Assembly: GCA_039630545.1 (NCBI GenBank)
Contig: JBCNUU010000001.1
Location: 203,175 to 267,174 of the forward strand
Reading direction: 5' to 3'
From: Endomicrobiia bacterium
GTDB taxonomy: Bacteria; Elusimicrobiota; Endomicrobiia; DTEH01
DNA length: 64,000 nt
Positions within the stretch are counted from its first letter, which is position 1. The number at the start of each line of letters is the position of its first letter. The notes below the pieces were generated by a model. The model did not search any database and was not told the DNA's origin. It was given only the letters and a program-made list of their open reading frames with translations. Shown here in pieces: positions 19,798 to 31,564 of this stretch. A program made the translations under genes and the position numbers.

Positions 19798-20898
19798 ATG
19801 AATTATAAACGAATTGTAATAAAAGTCGGCTCTCATTTAATTATAGAAGGTAGTAAATTTTTGTTTTCTTCTTTAGCTTCTCAAATTAAAAAAATAAAAG
19901 ATAAAGGCATAGATGTAATAATAGTCTCCTCTGGAGCTATAGCTACAGGAGTTCTTCAATATAACTTACCTTCAAAACCAAAAAGTATTGTAGAAAAACA
20001 GGCATATGCTGCTATTGGACAACCCCTGTTAATGAATAAGTACATTTCAGCTTTCAAAAAATACAACATAAAAGTTGCGCAGATTCTTTTAACTAGAGAA
20101 GATTTTGAAGCAAGAGAGAGATATTTAAATGTAAGAAATACCCTAAATTATCTTTTAAGAGCTGGTGTAGTGCCTGTGATCAATGAAAACGACACCGTAG
20201 CGACAGAAGAAATAAAACTTGGAGATAATGATAATTTATCTGCAATTGTGGCTAGTAAAATTGATGCTGATCTTTTAATTTTACTTACAGATGTAGATGG
20301 AATCTATGAAAAAAATCCCAAAATTTACCCAAATAGTAAAGTGATTGAGGAAGTAAAAGATATTAACGATTTATTATCTAAATGTGAAATTTCTTCAAAA
20401 AGTAATTTTTTTTGCGGAACAGGCGGAATGAAAACCAAACTTGAAGCAGCGCATCTTTGTAGTCTGGCAGGTATAGATACAGTAGTAGCTAACGGATTAA
20501 AAGAAAATATAATTTTAGAAATTCTAGAAGGTAAAAAGGTTGGTACATATATTTACTCTAAAAACAAAAAGTTACTTTCTAAGAAGAAATGGATAGCGTT
20601 TGCGAAAAAATCAAAAGGAAAAATTTTAATAGACAGTGGCGCTGTAGTAGCTATAACTAAAAAACATAAAAGTTTGCTTCCTGTGGGAATAAAAAAAGTT
20701 GAAGGAGTATTTAGAAAAGGAGATGTAGTGTCTGTAGTTTCAGAAAATGGTGAAGAAGTAGCTCGTGGTATAACCAATTATAATTCTGAAGAAATTGAAA
20801 AGATGATGGGTAAAAAGACACAAGAAATAAAAAAAATAATTTTTAATTTTGAAACAGAAGAAGTTATTCATGCAGATAATCTGGTCATTTTATCGTAG
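19798..20898 (+). CDS. proB: Glutamate 5-kinase with PUA domain
   Basis: IVIKVGS, VSSGAIA, INENDTV, GDNDNLSA, GTGGMKTK; C-terminal SLLPVGI..V.G.F..GD. Confidence 0.96.
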   Translation: MNYKRIVIKVGSHLIIEGSKFLFSSLASQIKKIKDKGIDVIIVSSGAIATGVLQYNLPSKPKSIVEKQAYAAIGQPLLMNKYISAFKKYNIKVAQILLTREDFEARERYLNVRNTLNYLLRAGVVPVINENDTVATEEIKLGDNDNLSAIVASKIDADLLILLTDVDGIYEKNPKIYPNSKVIEEVKDINDLLSKCEISSKSNFFCGTGGMKTKLEAAHLCSLAGIDTVVANGLKENIILEILEGKKVGTYIYSKNKKLLSKKKWIAFAKKSKGKILIDSGAVVAITKKHKSLLPVGIKKVEGVFRKGDVVSVVSENGEEVARGITNYNSEEIEKMMGKKTQEIKKIIFNFETEEVIHADNLVILS

Positions 20899-20907
20899 AA
20901 GATTTTT

Positions 20908-22014
20908 ATGGAGATAGGAATAATAGGACTTCCTAATGTTGGCAAGTCTACGCTTTTTTCTTTACTTACTAAAATTTCTGTTCCAATTGATAAATTTCCT
21001 TTTACCACAGTAGAACCTAATATAGGGATTGTTGAAGTTCCTGACGAACGATTAGATTTTCTTGTTGAGGTTTTAAAACCTTTAAAAAAAACATACGCAA
21101 CTGTAAAATTTGTGGATATTGCTGGATTAATAAAAGGAGCTTCAAAGGGTGAAGGTTTGGGGAATAAATTTTTGTCACATATCAGATCTGTAGATGGAAT
21201 CATACATGTTTTGAGATTTTTTGAAGATCCTACAGTTTCTTCTCCTATAAATAAAATAGATCCCATAGAAGAAATAAAAATTATAAATTCTGAACTTTTT
21301 CTGTCAGATCTTCAGATTTTAGAATCGTATTCAGAAAAAATTATACCAAAGGCTAATACGGGAGATAAACTATACAAACAGAATTTAGAAATAATAAAAA
21401 AAATAATGGAAAAAATAAACTTTGCTAACACCTTAAAAGAAGTGAAAGATTTTATTTTAAATTTCAATACAAATCAAAATGAAGAGATATCTTATTTGGT
21501 TAACAATCTTTTATGTTACAAAGATGTAATTTATCTTTTAAATTATGATGAATCAATATCTCATAAAAAGCTTAAAGATATAAGAAGAGAAATAGAAGAG
21601 TTTACAAAAAATAAAGTTTTATTGATAAATGCAAAATTTGAAGTAGGGATTTTAGATTTTTCTTTAGAAGAACAAAAAAAATTAAGACAAGAATATGATA
21701 TTCCTGAAGATGAACTTAAGAATTTTATAAAAGAATCTGTTACCGTTTTAAATTTGGTTACATTTTACACAGTAGTTGGTGAAGAATTTCGTAGCTGGTT
21801 TATAAAAAGGAATTCTACTATATTAGAAGCAGCTGGTAAAATCCATTCTGATATGAAAAAAGGTTTTATAAATGCAGAAGTTATAAAATTTAAAGATTTT
21901 CAAAAATATCCTGATTTGAAGATTCTTCATAACCACGGGTTAGTAAAAATTGTTGGCAAGGATTATATTGTAGAAGATGGAGATATTATAAAAATAAATT
22001 TTAAAAAAACTTGA
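20908..22014 (+). CDS. ychF: Ribosome-binding ATPase YchF (Obg-like)
   Basis: GLPNVGKST, FPFTTVEPN, DIAGLIKGASKGEGLGNKFL, AAGKIHSD TGS domain. Confidence 0.95.
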   Translation: MEIGIIGLPNVGKSTLFSLLTKISVPIDKFPFTTVEPNIGIVEVPDERLDFLVEVLKPLKKTYATVKFVDIAGLIKGASKGEGLGNKFLSHIRSVDGIIHVLRFFEDPTVSSPINKIDPIEEIKIINSELFLSDLQILESYSEKIIPKANTGDKLYKQNLEIIKKIMEKINFANTLKEVKDFILNFNTNQNEEISYLVNNLLCYKDVIYLLNYDESISHKKLKDIRREIEEFTKNKVLLINAKFEVGILDFSLEEQKKLRQEYDIPEDELKNFIKESVTVLNLVTFYTVVGEEFRSWFIKRNSTILEAAGKIHSDMKKGFINAEVIKFKDFQKYPDLKILHNHGLVKIVGKDYIVEDGDIIKINFKKT

Positions 22015-22047
22015 ATTAGAAAAGATAGTTTTATAATCAAAATATTT

Positions 22048-22140
22048 ATGAAAACAGATGCTTTTTTGTTTATGATAATTAGCTGGGGATTGGTGATAGT
22101 TCTTCTGGTAGTTTGTTTTTTAAAAATCCTTAAAAAATAG
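22048..22140 (+). CDS. 30-aa single-pass membrane peptide MKTDAFLFMIISWGLVIVLLVVCFLKILKK (not in the ORF track)
   Basis: ATG 22048 to TAG 22138-22140; hydrophobic core and basic tail; fills the ychF-merR gap; TATAAT at 22032. Confidence 0.65.
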   Translation: MKTDAFLFMIISWGLVIVLLVVCFLKILKK

Positions 22141-22158
22141 TTATTTAATTTTAATTAC

Positions 22159-22776
22159 ATGGATAAAGAAAAAAGACTACAGCTTGGATTATTAAAAATA
22201 GGAGAACTATCAGAACGTTCGGGGGTCCCTGTTTCTACTATAAAATACTATACTGATTTAGAACTTCTGCGAGTGCAGGAGTATATGGCTGGAGGTTTTA
22301 GATTATATAATGAGAAAGAGTCCATTTTAAGATTAAAACGTATCAAAGAGATGTTAGATCAGGGATATTCTATAAAAGAGATAAAGAAAAATATTGAAAA
22401 AATTACAGTACTTAAAGTTTTAGTAATAGATGACGAACCTGAAGTTCATGAATTTGTGCAAGATGTGTTAAACGATTTACCAAATATAGAAGTGAAATCA
22501 GCGTATGATGGTTTTTCAGCAGGTATTATTGTAAGTGAATATATGCCTGATTTGATAATTTTAGATTTACTTCTTCCAGGAATAGATGGTTTTAAGGTGT
22601 GTAGTAACATTAAGAATAATCAGAAACTAAAACATATTAAGATTTTAGCAATTACAGGGTATGATTCTGCTGAATATAGGCAGAAGATATTTGCTGCTGG
22701 TGCTGATGATTACTTACCAAAACCTATGGAGTTAAAAATTTTTAAAGAAAAAGTAAATAAGTTGCTTAATCTATAA
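22159..22776 (+). CDS. MerR-type HTH fused to a C-terminal response-regulator receiver domain
   Basis: LKIGELSERSGV.VSTIKYY..LELL, GGFRLY; then VLVIDDE, DLIILDLLLPGIDG, ITG, GADDYLPKP. Confidence 0.88.
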   Translation: MDKEKRLQLGLLKIGELSERSGVPVSTIKYYTDLELLRVQEYMAGGFRLYNEKESILRLKRIKEMLDQGYSIKEIKKNIEKITVLKVLVIDDEPEVHEFVQDVLNDLPNIEVKSAYDGFSAGIIVSEYMPDLIILDLLLPGIDGFKVCSNIKNNQKLKHIKILAITGYDSAEYRQKIFAAGADDYLPKPMELKIFKEKVNKLLNL

Positions 22777-22780
22777 AAAT

Positions 22781-24001
22781 ATGAAAGAATATAATGCTGT
22801 ATTAATGCTAGAAACAGGAGTTTATTTCAAAGGTAGATTTTTTGGTTACGAAGGAGAAACTTCTGGAGAGGTTATATTTAATACTGGAATTGTAGGATAT
22901 GAAGAAATACTTACAGATCCTTCTTACAAAGGTCAAATAGTTGTAATGACCTACCCTCATATTGGAAATTATGGTATTAATTATTACGATTTTGAATCTT
23001 CAAGTCCTAAAGTTGAAGGATTTGTAGTAAATGAGTTTTCAAAAATATTCTCTAACTGGCAATCAAAAGATACAATAGAAAATCTTTTAAAGAAATACAA
23101 AATAGTAGGTATAGAAAAGGTAGATACCCGGGCTTTAACAAGGTATATAAGGGAAAAAGGTTCAATGCGGGGAATAATATCTCATGTTAATCAAGATCTT
23201 AAAAAGTTATATAAAAAAGTTAAACAAATTCCTTCCATTGTAGGTAGAGACCTTGTAAAAGAAGTTTCTTGTAAGGAGGTTTATTTACCATTTAGTTTGG
23301 AATATCAAAAAAGAAATGAAATCTCTGTATATTCATTAAGTAAAAATTTATTTATAGATGTTAATGCTACACCTGCTAAATATAAAGTTATAGTAATAGA
23401 CTGCGGATGTAAATTTAATATTATGCGATTATTAAGAAAATATGGATGTGAACTTATAGTTGTTCCTGCCGATACATCATTTGAAAAGATTATAAATTAT
23501 TCCCCAGATGGAATATTATTATCAAATGGTCCCGGTGATCCTGAAGGTATTCCTTATGTTTTTAAAACAGTAGAAAAAATTATAAATTACAGTATTAATA
23601 ACAATATCTATTTACCTATTTTCGGAATATGTTTGGGACACCAGGTGATAGCATTATCTTTAGGTGGTGAGACATATAAATTAAAGTTTGGCCATCATGG
23701 GATAAATCATCCAGTTAAAAATTTAACAACACAGACTATAGAAATTACTTCACAAAATCACAATTTTGCAGTAAAGATGGAAGAAGTTAATGGTAAATTA
23801 TATGTGAAAGGCAACAAAAATTTAGAAGTTACTCATATAAACTTGAATGATTTTTCATGTGAAGGGTTAAGATACAAAAATCTTCCAATTTTTGCAGTTC
23901 AATACCATCCTGAGGCAGCACCGGGCCCCAATGATGCTAAATATTTGTTTGAAGAGTTTATAAAGATGATAGAGAAAAAATTTACCTTAATCAGGACATA
24001 A
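22781..24001 (+). CDS. carA: Carbamoyl-phosphate synthase small chain
   Basis: [42 protein letters not shown]. Confidence 0.98.
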   Translation: MKEYNAVLMLETGVYFKGRFFGYEGETSGEVIFNTGIVGYEEILTDPSYKGQIVVMTYPHIGNYGINYYDFESSSPKVEGFVVNEFSKIFSNWQSKDTIENLLKKYKIVGIEKVDTRALTRYIREKGSMRGIISHVNQDLKKLYKKVKQIPSIVGRDLVKEVSCKEVYLPFSLEYQKRNEISVYSLSKNLFIDVNATPAKYKVIVIDCGCKFNIMRLLRKYGCELIVVPADTSFEKIINYSPDGILLSNGPGDPEGIPYVFKTVEKIINYSINNNIYLPIFGICLGHQVIALSLGGETYKLKFGHHGINHPVKNLTTQTIEITSQNHNFAVKMEEVNGKLYVKGNKNLEVTHINLNDFSCEGLRYKNLPIFAVQYHPEAAPGPNDAKYLFEEFIKMIEKKFTLIRT

Positions 24002-24003
24002 CT

Positions 24004-27000
24004 ATGCCTAAAAGAAAAGACATTAAAAAAATTCTAATAATTGGTTCAGGTCCTATTGTGATAGGACAAGCATGCGAATTTGACTACTCTGGCACACAGG
24101 CTATTAAAGTTTTAAAGAAAGAAGGCTACAAAATTATACTTGTGAATTCAAATCCTGCTACTATCATGACCGATCCAGAATTTGCAGATGCTACATATAT
24201 TGAACCTCTAATTCCTGAAGCTTTAGAAAAGATTATAGAAAAAGAACGTCCTGATGCTATATTGCCTACTCTGGGAGGGCAAACTGGTCTTAATCTAGCT
24301 GTTAAACTATATGAGAGAGGTGTTTTAGATAAATATAATGTAGAATTGATTGGTGCAAAAGTTGAAGCCATTAAAAGAGGGGAAGATAGAAAACTGTTTA
24401 AGGAAACAATGCTAAAAATAGGATTAGACCTTCCTAAAAGTGGTTTTGCATATAACCTATCAGAAGCAGAAAAAATAGCTAAAGAAATAGGTTTTCCTTT
24501 GATTATTCGTCCATCATTTACTTTAGGTGGTACTGGTTCAAGGATTGTTTTTAATGAAGATGAGTTTGTAGATGCAGCAAGAAATGCACTTCAGTCTTCA
24601 ATGATTTCAGAAATTTTAATAGAAGAATATTTAAATGGTTGGAAGGAATATGAATTTGAAGTAATGAGGGATTGTAAAGATAACTGTGTAGTGGTTTGTA
24701 GTATAGAGAACTTTGATCCTATGGGTGTGCATACGGGAGATTCTATAACTGTAGCACCTGCACAAACCTTGACTGATAAAGAATATCAAAGGATGAGAGA
24801 TATGGCTTTTAAATGTATAAGAGCAGTAGGAGTTGAAACTGGTGGTTCAAATATACAATTTGCTGTTAATCCTGAAAATGGAAGAATTGTTATAATAGAG
24901 ATGAATCCAAGAGTCTCTCGTTCCTCTGCTTTGGCATCAAAAGCAACTGGGTTCCCAATTGCTAAAATTGCAGCGCTTTTGGCAGTTGGGTATACATTAG
25001 ATGAAATACCAAACGATATTACTAAAAAAACACCGGCTTGTTTTGAACCAACTGTAGATTATGTGGTGGTTAAAATTCCTAAGTTTGCTTTTGAAAAATT
25101 TAGACCGGTTACGGATGACAAGGGTTTCTCGGATAATTTTTATCAGATTTTAGGTTCTCAAATGAAGTCTATAGGTGAAGTGATGGGTATAGGAAAAACA
25201 TTTAAGGAGGCTTTACAAAAAGCTATCAGAGGTTTAGAGATAAACAGGTATGGTTTAGGAGGCGATGTTTTAAATGAGGAGAAGATGATAGAAAAAATCA
25301 ATTCATTACCTGATGATTCAGCTGAAAAACAAAAATTTTTAGAAAAACTAAGATATAACTTAATTAATCCAAATTGTGATAGGCTTTTTAATATAAGAGT
25401 TGCTTTAAAACTTAAAATAGATATAGATGAAATTTATAATTTATCTAAAATTGATAAGTGGTTCATTAATCAAATCAAAGAAATAGTTGAGTTTGAGGAG
25501 AAAATTAAAAAATTTAGCTTAGAAAAAAGAAATAAAGAAGAATTTGTATCTTTAATAAAAGAGGCTAAAAAATATGGTTTTTCAGACAGACAACTTTCTA
25601 ATTTGTTAAAAAAAGAAGAAAAAGAAATCCTTAATTTAAGAGTAGAAGAAAATATTTTACCAAATTATAAAGTGGTAGACACATGCGCAGCAGAGTTTGA
25701 AGCCTATACTCCTTATTTTTACTCAACTTATGAAGGAATAGATAATGTAAGTGTTTTGGATGGAAAAAAAACTACTCAGGAGTTATATTTGATAAATGAA
25801 TCTTTTACTTTTTCAAAAAAAGCAAAAGGTAAAATTATAGTTTTAGGTTCAGGACCTAACAGAATAGGACAGGGGATAGAGTTTGATTATTGTTGTGTTC
25901 ATGCTGTTATGGCAATAAAAGAAGAAAATCTAGAAGCTATAATGGTAAATTGTAATCCTGAAACAGTATCAACTGACTATGATATTTCCGATAAACTTTA
26001 TTTTGAACCCGTAACATTTGAAGATGTATTTAATATATATAAAACAGAAGAATTAATTTCAAAAAAAACCAAGATTCCTCTTTTAGGAGTAATACTTCAA
26101 TTTGGCGGACAAACACCACTAAATATTTCGCTTAAATTAAAATCACAAAATGTAAAAATTTTAGGAACACAGCCTGAAAATATAGCTTTAGCAGAAGACA
26201 GAGAACTGTTTGCAAAGGTTTTGACCAAACTTAAGCTTCCTTATCCTGCGCATGGTTTTGCTAAAAATTATAAAGATGCTTTAAAAGTTGCGAAAAGAAT
26301 GGGTTTCCCGGTAATTGTAAGACCATCCTACGTTTTAGGTGGGAGAGCAATGGAGATTATTTATGATGAATTTTCACTTAAAGATTACCTGTTTAAGTTA
26401 TTTGAAGAAACTTCAATCCATCCAGATGTTTCTAAAGTTGTTATTATAGATAGGTTTTTAGAAGAAGCCATAGAATTAGATGTGGATGCCATTTGTGATG
26501 GAGATGATGTTTTTATAGCAGGAATTATGGAACATATAGAAGCAGCAGGTGTACATTCTGGAGATAGTGCGTGTGTAATGCCTCCTGTTTCTTTAACTAA
26601 AGAACAAATAGATACAATTTTCAAGTATATAACTTTGCTGGCAAAAGAGCTTAAAGTAAAAGGTTTGATGAATCTTCAGTTAGCAGTGAAAGATGGTACA
26701 ATTTATATATTAGAAGTAAATCCCCGAGCTTCAAGAACAGTACCATATGTATCCAAAACTATAGGTTTACCAGTAGCTAAAGTAGCAACGAAGGTGATGT
26801 TGGGATATAAACTTAAAGATTTGTTAAAAAAATATAATTTTTCTCAGGAAAAAGTTTTTAATCTAAAATATTATACAGTAAAAGAAGTGGTATTGCCTTT
26901 TCAGAAATTTTCTAATGTAGACATAGTATTATCCCCGGAGATGCGTTCTACAGGTGAAGTTATGGGTATAGATAAAAATTTCCCTTTAGCGTATGGTAAA

Positions 27001-27459
27001 TCACAATTTTCTGCCGGAAGTGAAATACCTATAGGTGGCAAAGTGTTGTTAAGTGTCAATAACAAAGATAAGCCTAAAATTCTAAATATTGCTAGAGAGT
27101 TAAAAAATTTGAATTTTAAACTTGTAGCAACTTCTGGAACAGCCGATTTTCTTTTAAAAAATGGTATAGATTGTGAAAAAGTAAATAAACTTTCTGAGGG
27201 TCGTCCAAACATAGTAGATATTATTTCTAACAAAGAAGTAGTTTTAGTAATAAATACACCTACAGGTAAAGGTAGATCTTTTTCAGATGGATTTTATATT
27301 AGAAGGACATCTACTGTTAACAATATTCCTGTTGTTACTACAATTGAGGCTGCTCGCTGTATTGTAAACTCAATTAAGGAATTAAAGAAAAGTTATGATA
27401 TTTTTTCAAATAAAATAAATTTTGAAGTTTCTTCTCTTCAGAATTGGTACAAATCATAA
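24004..27459 (+). CDS. carB: Carbamoyl-phosphate synthase large chain
   Basis: [29 protein letters not shown]; duplicated ATP-grasp; MGS domain. Confidence 0.99.
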   Translation: MPKRKDIKKILIIGSGPIVIGQACEFDYSGTQAIKVLKKEGYKIILVNSNPATIMTDPEFADATYIEPLIPEALEKIIEKERPDAILPTLGGQTGLNLAVKLYERGVLDKYNVELIGAKVEAIKRGEDRKLFKETMLKIGLDLPKSGFAYNLSEAEKIAKEIGFPLIIRPSFTLGGTGSRIVFNEDEFVDAARNALQSSMISEILIEEYLNGWKEYEFEVMRDCKDNCVVVCSIENFDPMGVHTGDSITVAPAQTLTDKEYQRMRDMAFKCIRAVGVETGGSNIQFAVNPENGRIVIIEMNPRVSRSSALASKATGFPIAKIAALLAVGYTLDEIPNDITKKTPACFEPTVDYVVVKIPKFAFEKFRPVTDDKGFSDNFYQILGSQMKSIGEVMGIGKTFKEALQKAIRGLEINRYGLGGDVLNEEKMIEKINSLPDDSAEKQKFLEKLRYNLINPNCDRLFNIRVALKLKIDIDEIYNLSKIDKWFINQIKEIVEFEEKIKKFSLEKRNKEEFVSLIKEAKKYGFSDRQLSNLLKKEEKEILNLRVEENILPNYKVVDTCAAEFEAYTPYFYSTYEGIDNVSVLDGKKTTQELYLINESFTFSKKAKGKIIVLGSGPNRIGQGIEFDYCCVHAVMAIKEENLEAIMVNCNPETVSTDYDISDKLYFEPVTFEDVFNIYKTEELISKKTKIPLLGVILQFGGQTPLNISLKLKSQNVKILGTQPENIALAEDRELFAKVLTKLKLPYPAHGFAKNYKDALKVAKRMGFPVIVRPSYVLGGRAMEIIYDEFSLKDYLFKLFEETSIHPDVSKVVIIDRFLEEAIELDVDAICDGDDVFIAGIMEHIEAAGVHSGDSACVMPPVSLTKEQIDTIFKYITLLAKELKVKGLMNLQLAVKDGTIYILEVNPRASRTVPYVSKTIGLPVAKVATKVMLGYKLKDLLKKYNFSQEKVFNLKYYTVKEVVLPFQKFSNVDIVLSPEMRSTGEVMGIDKNFPLAYGKSQFSAGSEIPIGGKVLLSVNNKDKPKILNIARELKNLNFKLVATSGTADFLLKNGIDCEKVNKLSEGRPNIVDIISNKEVVLVINTPTGKGRSFSDGFYIRRTSTVNNIPVVTTIEAARCIVNSIKELKKSYDIFSNKINFEVSSLQNWYKS

Positions 27460-27462
27460 GAA

Positions 27463-28071
27463 ATGTTTATTAAGTTTTTTAATAAAAATAAAGATTTTTT
27501 AGGAATGCTTATTAAACAAGCAGAGAAGGTTTTAGAAGCTACAAATGCTTTATTAGAGTTTTTATCAAATATTTCTGAGAGTAATAAAAAGAAAATTTTG
27601 GATATAGAAAAAGAAGCAGATGGTTTAAGAAAAATTTTAGTAGAAGAATTAAACAAAGCTTTTATTACACCTTTTGATAAAGAAGATATATATGCAATTT
27701 CAAGAGCAATAGATGATGTAGTGGATTATTTAAAAACTACAGTTGAAGAGATGTTAATTTTGAAAGTTGAACCCGACCAGTATATAAAGAAAATGCTAGA
27801 GGCATTAAACAAAGGAGGTTCTAATATTGTTGAGGCGTTAAAATTAATAAAAAAATCTCCTGAGTTATGTAGAGAGAAAATAATATTGGCTAAAAAAACA
27901 GAAAATTTTGTAGAAGATATTTATAGGGAAGGTATATCAAATTTGTTTGAGATGGATGATATAAAGAAAATTTTAAAGACCAGAGAAGTCTATAGACATC
28001 TTTCTAATGCTGCTGACAGGTTGGATGAGGCTGCGAATATTATAGGTGATATTGTAGTAAAAATTAGTTAA
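27463..28071 (+). CDS. DUF47 / PhoU-like phosphate transport regulator
   Basis: IEKEAD..R..L..ELNKAFITPFDKEDI..I...IDDV.D; REVY..L..A.D. Confidence 0.88.
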   Translation: MFIKFFNKNKDFLGMLIKQAEKVLEATNALLEFLSNISESNKKKILDIEKEADGLRKILVEELNKAFITPFDKEDIYAISRAIDDVVDYLKTTVEEMLILKVEPDQYIKKMLEALNKGGSNIVEALKLIKKSPELCREKIILAKKTENFVEDIYREGISNLFEMDDIKKILKTREVYRHLSNAADRLDEAANIIGDIVVKIS

Positions 28072-28078
28072 AACTGAT

Positions 28079-28789
28079 ATGATAAAGTCTATTATATTTG
28101 ATTTAGATAATACTCTTATGGATTTCATGAAAATGAAACGAATGGCAGTAGAAGCTGCGGCTGATGCGATGATAGATGCTGGACTTAACATGAAGAAGGA
28201 AAAGTTAATAGAAAAAATTTATAGTATTTACTGGAAAGAAGGTATTGAAGACCAACAAATTTTCGATAAAGTTTTGTTGCAGGAGTTTGGTTATATTGAT
28301 TATAAAATTTTAGCCGCAGGAATACTAGGATATCGTAGAGCAAAAGAAGCAAATTTGTGTACATACCCACATGTTCATCTTACTTTGATGGAACTAATGA
28401 AACGTGGCATAAAAATGTGTGTTGTTTCAGATGCCCCCAAACTTCCTGTATGGATGAGAATAGTTTCTTTAAATTTACAGCATTATTTTGAGTTTGTTTT
28501 AACTTTTGATGATACTAAAGAAAAAAAACCTTCACCGAAACCATTTTTGATGGCTTTAGAGCGTTTAGGTACACTTCCTCAAGAGACACTGATGGTAGGC
28601 GATTGGGCAGAAAGAGATATTGCTGGGGCTAAGCAACTAAATATAGTAACAGTTTTCGCTAGATATGGGGATGAGTTTAACACTCAAAATTCTGGTGCAG
28701 ATTATGAAATTGATGACATAATTCAGCTGTTAGATATTATTGATTCTTTCAAGGATAGAAACCAACTCTCATTATTTGGTAATAAATAG
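28079..28789 (+). CDS. HAD-superfamily hydrolase (class IA)
   Basis: IIFDLDNTL, VVSD, KKPSPKPF, MVGDWAERDIAGA. Confidence 0.9.
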   Translation: MIKSIIFDLDNTLMDFMKMKRMAVEAAADAMIDAGLNMKKEKLIEKIYSIYWKEGIEDQQIFDKVLLQEFGYIDYKILAAGILGYRRAKEANLCTYPHVHLTLMELMKRGIKMCVVSDAPKLPVWMRIVSLNLQHYFEFVLTFDDTKEKKPSPKPFLMALERLGTLPQETLMVGDWAERDIAGAKQLNIVTVFARYGDEFNTQNSGADYEIDDIIQLLDIIDSFKDRNQLSLFGNK

Positions 28790-28796
28790 TTATTTA

Positions 28797-29648
28797 ATGC
28801 TACATTATTTTTATAAAATAACTATTCTTTTATTATGTAATTTCTCTCTTCTTTTTTCTTCAGTTGTTAAAATCTATTTTTTAGATGTAAAAGAGGGAGA
28901 CGCTACATTTATTATTACTTCTACAAGTAAAACAATTCTTATAGACACAGGACATGATAAATTTGATAGTGGGAAATATATCTATGAATTTGTAAAAAGT
29001 AAAAATTTTGACAAAATAGATTTTATGATAATTTCACATCCTCATAGAGACCATATTGGAGGGGCTAAGTATTTGCTTTTAAATATGAAAATTGAAAATT
29101 TTTATGAATCTGGAATTGTAAGCAAATCAGATGTCTACAGAGAAATATTGAACATTGTTACAGAGAAAAAAATAAACTATAAGATAATAAGAGAAAAAGA
29201 TCGTATAAAATTAGATAATGAGTTAGAGGCATATATTTTTCATCCACCGCGAGAAGCATTTTCATATACTTCAATAAACAACAATAGTCTCGTTTTCAAA
29301 ATTGTCTATAAAAAATTTTCAGTGTTGTTCACTGGAGATATCGAAAAAAAAGCAGAGAGAGAAATTATAAAAAGATACATATATAAACATGAAACTTTAA
29401 AGTCAGATATTTTGAAAGTTCCTCACCATGGTTCTAATAGTTCTTCTACAGATGCATTTATTAGGTTAGTTAATCCAAAATTTGCAATAATTTTTTGTGG
29501 TATAAATAACAGATATGGCCATCCTCATAAAGAAGTGATTGAAAGATATAAAAGATATAATGTAAGTATCTTAAGAGTTGACATGGATGGTATCATAGAG
29601 ATTATTACTGATGGCAAACAATACAAAGTAAAAACTTATAAACAATGA
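28797..29648 (+). CDS. ComEC/Rec2-type metallo-beta-lactamase-fold hydrolase, probably exported
   Basis: FLDVKEGDA, LIDTG, SHPHRDHIGG, NNNSLV, LFTGD, LKVPHHGS, YGHPH; ATG 28797 gives a signal-like N-terminus. Confidence 0.85.
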   Translation: MLHYFYKITILLLCNFSLLFSSVVKIYFLDVKEGDATFIITSTSKTILIDTGHDKFDSGKYIYEFVKSKNFDKIDFMIISHPHRDHIGGAKYLLLNMKIENFYESGIVSKSDVYREILNIVTEKKINYKIIREKDRIKLDNELEAYIFHPPREAFSYTSINNNSLVFKIVYKKFSVLFTGDIEKKAEREIIKRYIYKHETLKSDILKVPHHGSNSSSTDAFIRLVNPKFAIIFCGINNRYGHPHKEVIERYKRYNVSILRVDMDGIIEIITDGKQYKVKTYKQ

Positions 29649-30733
29649 AAAAGAAAGTAGCGGTTTTAATGTCTGGCGGAGTTGATTCTTCTGTAGCAGC
29701 ATATCTTTTAAGTAGAGATTTTGAGGTTATAGGTGTAACCTTAAAACTTTTGAAATGTGAGATGTTCAAAGATACTGCTAAACAGTTATGTTGTTCACCT
29801 AAAGATATCTATGATGCAAAAAGTGTTGCATCGCAGTTAGGTATAAGACATTACGTACTTAATTTGACCTACGAGTTCAAAAAACTTATTATTGAAAAAT
29901 TTTGTAAAGATTACATGAATGGCTTTACGCCAAATCCTTGTATGTGGTGTAATGAAATGATCAAATTTGGAATAACTTTTAAAAGATTAAAATCCGAGTT
30001 ATCTATAGATTACTTATCGTCGGGACATTACGCTAAAATAATAAAAGAAAGAAATAAGTTTTACATATCAAAAGCAAAAGATGATTCTAAAGACCAGTCC
30101 TATTTTTTAAGTAGAATCAATCCTGATGTATTGCCATATTTAATACTTCCTTTAGGGGAACTCACAAAGTTACAAGTAAGGCAGATAGCAAAAGATTTAG
30201 GATTAAAAGTTTATGAAAAGAAAGAAAGTTTCGATTTGTGTTTTATAATAGATGGTGATTATAGAAGTTTTATAAAATCAAATCAACAATTTTCTCAAAA
30301 AGGCAAAGTTATTGAGTATGCTACAAAGAGATTTTTAGGATATCATGATGGACATTTCAATTATACAATTGGACAAAGAAAAGGTCTTAAGTTGAAAAAT
30401 TCAAATTCAAAATACTATGTGGTTGAAATTGATCCAACAAACAATATTTTATATGTAGGCACAGAGGATATGTTATATAAAGATAATCTTATAGCTACAA
30501 ATTGTATATTCTATGAGGAGTTTGACAAATTAGTAAAAAGCAAAAACTTGTACGCAAAAATAAGATATAAATCAGACCTGGCTGAATGTTCAGTAGAAAA
30601 AATTGATAACGATAAAGTAAAAATAATTTTTAAAAATCCTCAAAGGGCAATAACAAAAGGTCAGTATGTTGTGGTATATGACACGAAAGGAAAAGTTTTA
30701 TTTAGCGGGGAAATAACAGATTATTCAAAATAG
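29645..30733 (+). CDS. mnmA: tRNA 2-thiouridine(34) synthase MnmA, CxxC (Fe-S-dependent) type
   Basis: MSGGVDSS PP-loop, CC, TPNPCMWCN, KDQSYFL, DLCF, YTIGQRKGL. Confidence 0.96.
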   Translation: MKKKVAVLMSGGVDSSVAAYLLSRDFEVIGVTLKLLKCEMFKDTAKQLCCSPKDIYDAKSVASQLGIRHYVLNLTYEFKKLIIEKFCKDYMNGFTPNPCMWCNEMIKFGITFKRLKSELSIDYLSSGHYAKIIKERNKFYISKAKDDSKDQSYFLSRINPDVLPYLILPLGELTKLQVRQIAKDLGLKVYEKKESFDLCFIIDGDYRSFIKSNQQFSQKGKVIEYATKRFLGYHDGHFNYTIGQRKGLKLKNSNSKYYVVEIDPTNNILYVGTEDMLYKDNLIATNCIFYEEFDKLVKSKNLYAKIRYKSDLAECSVEKIDNDKVKIIFKNPQRAITKGQYVVVYDTKGKVLFSGEITDYSK

Positions 30734-30768
30734 TTGAATTATTAAAATGTATTTTATATAAAAAATTT

Positions 30769-31560
30769 ATGAAAAAAATAATATTTTTTCTTTTGACTAA
30801 TTTTGTTTATGCTCAAATAAATTTTTTTAATTTATACAAACCTTATCAAGCGTCATTATGTAGCTTACCAAATGTTTATGGTTTGCAACTCCAGATTAAT
30901 TATGTTGTTGTAGATATCAATACTGCTGAGTTCCAGGTTCCAATTGATGTTTATTGGGGAGTTTATGATAATCTAGAGGTAGGAATTCAGATTTGTGGTA
31001 TAAGTAAAAGTATAAATGAGAAAATAGATAAAGGTTTAAGCGATATCCTAATGGGTATAAAATATAATTTTTTAGAAGAAGATAAAAAAAATTTATCACC
31101 AACACCTACCATTTCTGTTGAACTTGGGGTTGGTTTACCTGTTGGAGATTATAAAAAAACTTTTGGTACGGGTGGATTTGGAGGGATTTTAATGTGGCTT
31201 TTTGAAAAACAAGTTATAATGCGTTCAGGTTATTATTTTAACTTTATTTTTAATTTAGGATTTAAGTATAATACAAAAAATCCTGATAATTATAGAGTAG
31301 GCGAAAGTTTCTTTTATACTTTTGGAAGTTATTTTCCTTTAAACGAAAACTTAGATTTTTCTTTTGGTATAAAAGGTATTAACAAATCTTTTGATGAAAT
31401 AAATACAACCAAGGTTCTTGATTCTGAAAGTTTTAAATCTTATATTTTTAGTGGTTTAACATATACCATCGATATATATAGAAAATTTTTTGGCGCAATT
31501 TTGTTGGGACTTACAGAGGACTCAGAAGATTTAATTTTTAATATAGGAATGATGTATTAA
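30769..31560 (+). CDS. Exported putative outer-membrane beta-barrel protein (transporter/MetA-phenol-like)
   Basis: Signal peptide; G.SDI.MGIKY, LPVGD....FGTG; alternating beta-strand pattern; C-terminal aromatic Tyr. Confidence 0.6.
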   Translation: MKKIIFFLLTNFVYAQINFFNLYKPYQASLCSLPNVYGLQLQINYVVVDINTAEFQVPIDVYWGVYDNLEVGIQICGISKSINEKIDKGLSDILMGIKYNFLEEDKKNLSPTPTISVELGVGLPVGDYKKTFGTGGFGGILMWLFEKQVIMRSGYYFNFIFNLGFKYNTKNPDNYRVGESFFYTFGSYFPLNENLDFSFGIKGINKSFDEINTTKVLDSESFKSYIFSGLTYTIDIYRKFFGAILLGLTEDSEDLIFNIGMMY

Positions 31561-31564
31561 ACTT

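Noticed and set aside
28797..29648. Full ComEC DNA-uptake channel
   Set aside because: Only the MBL domain is present; no multi-TM competence domain
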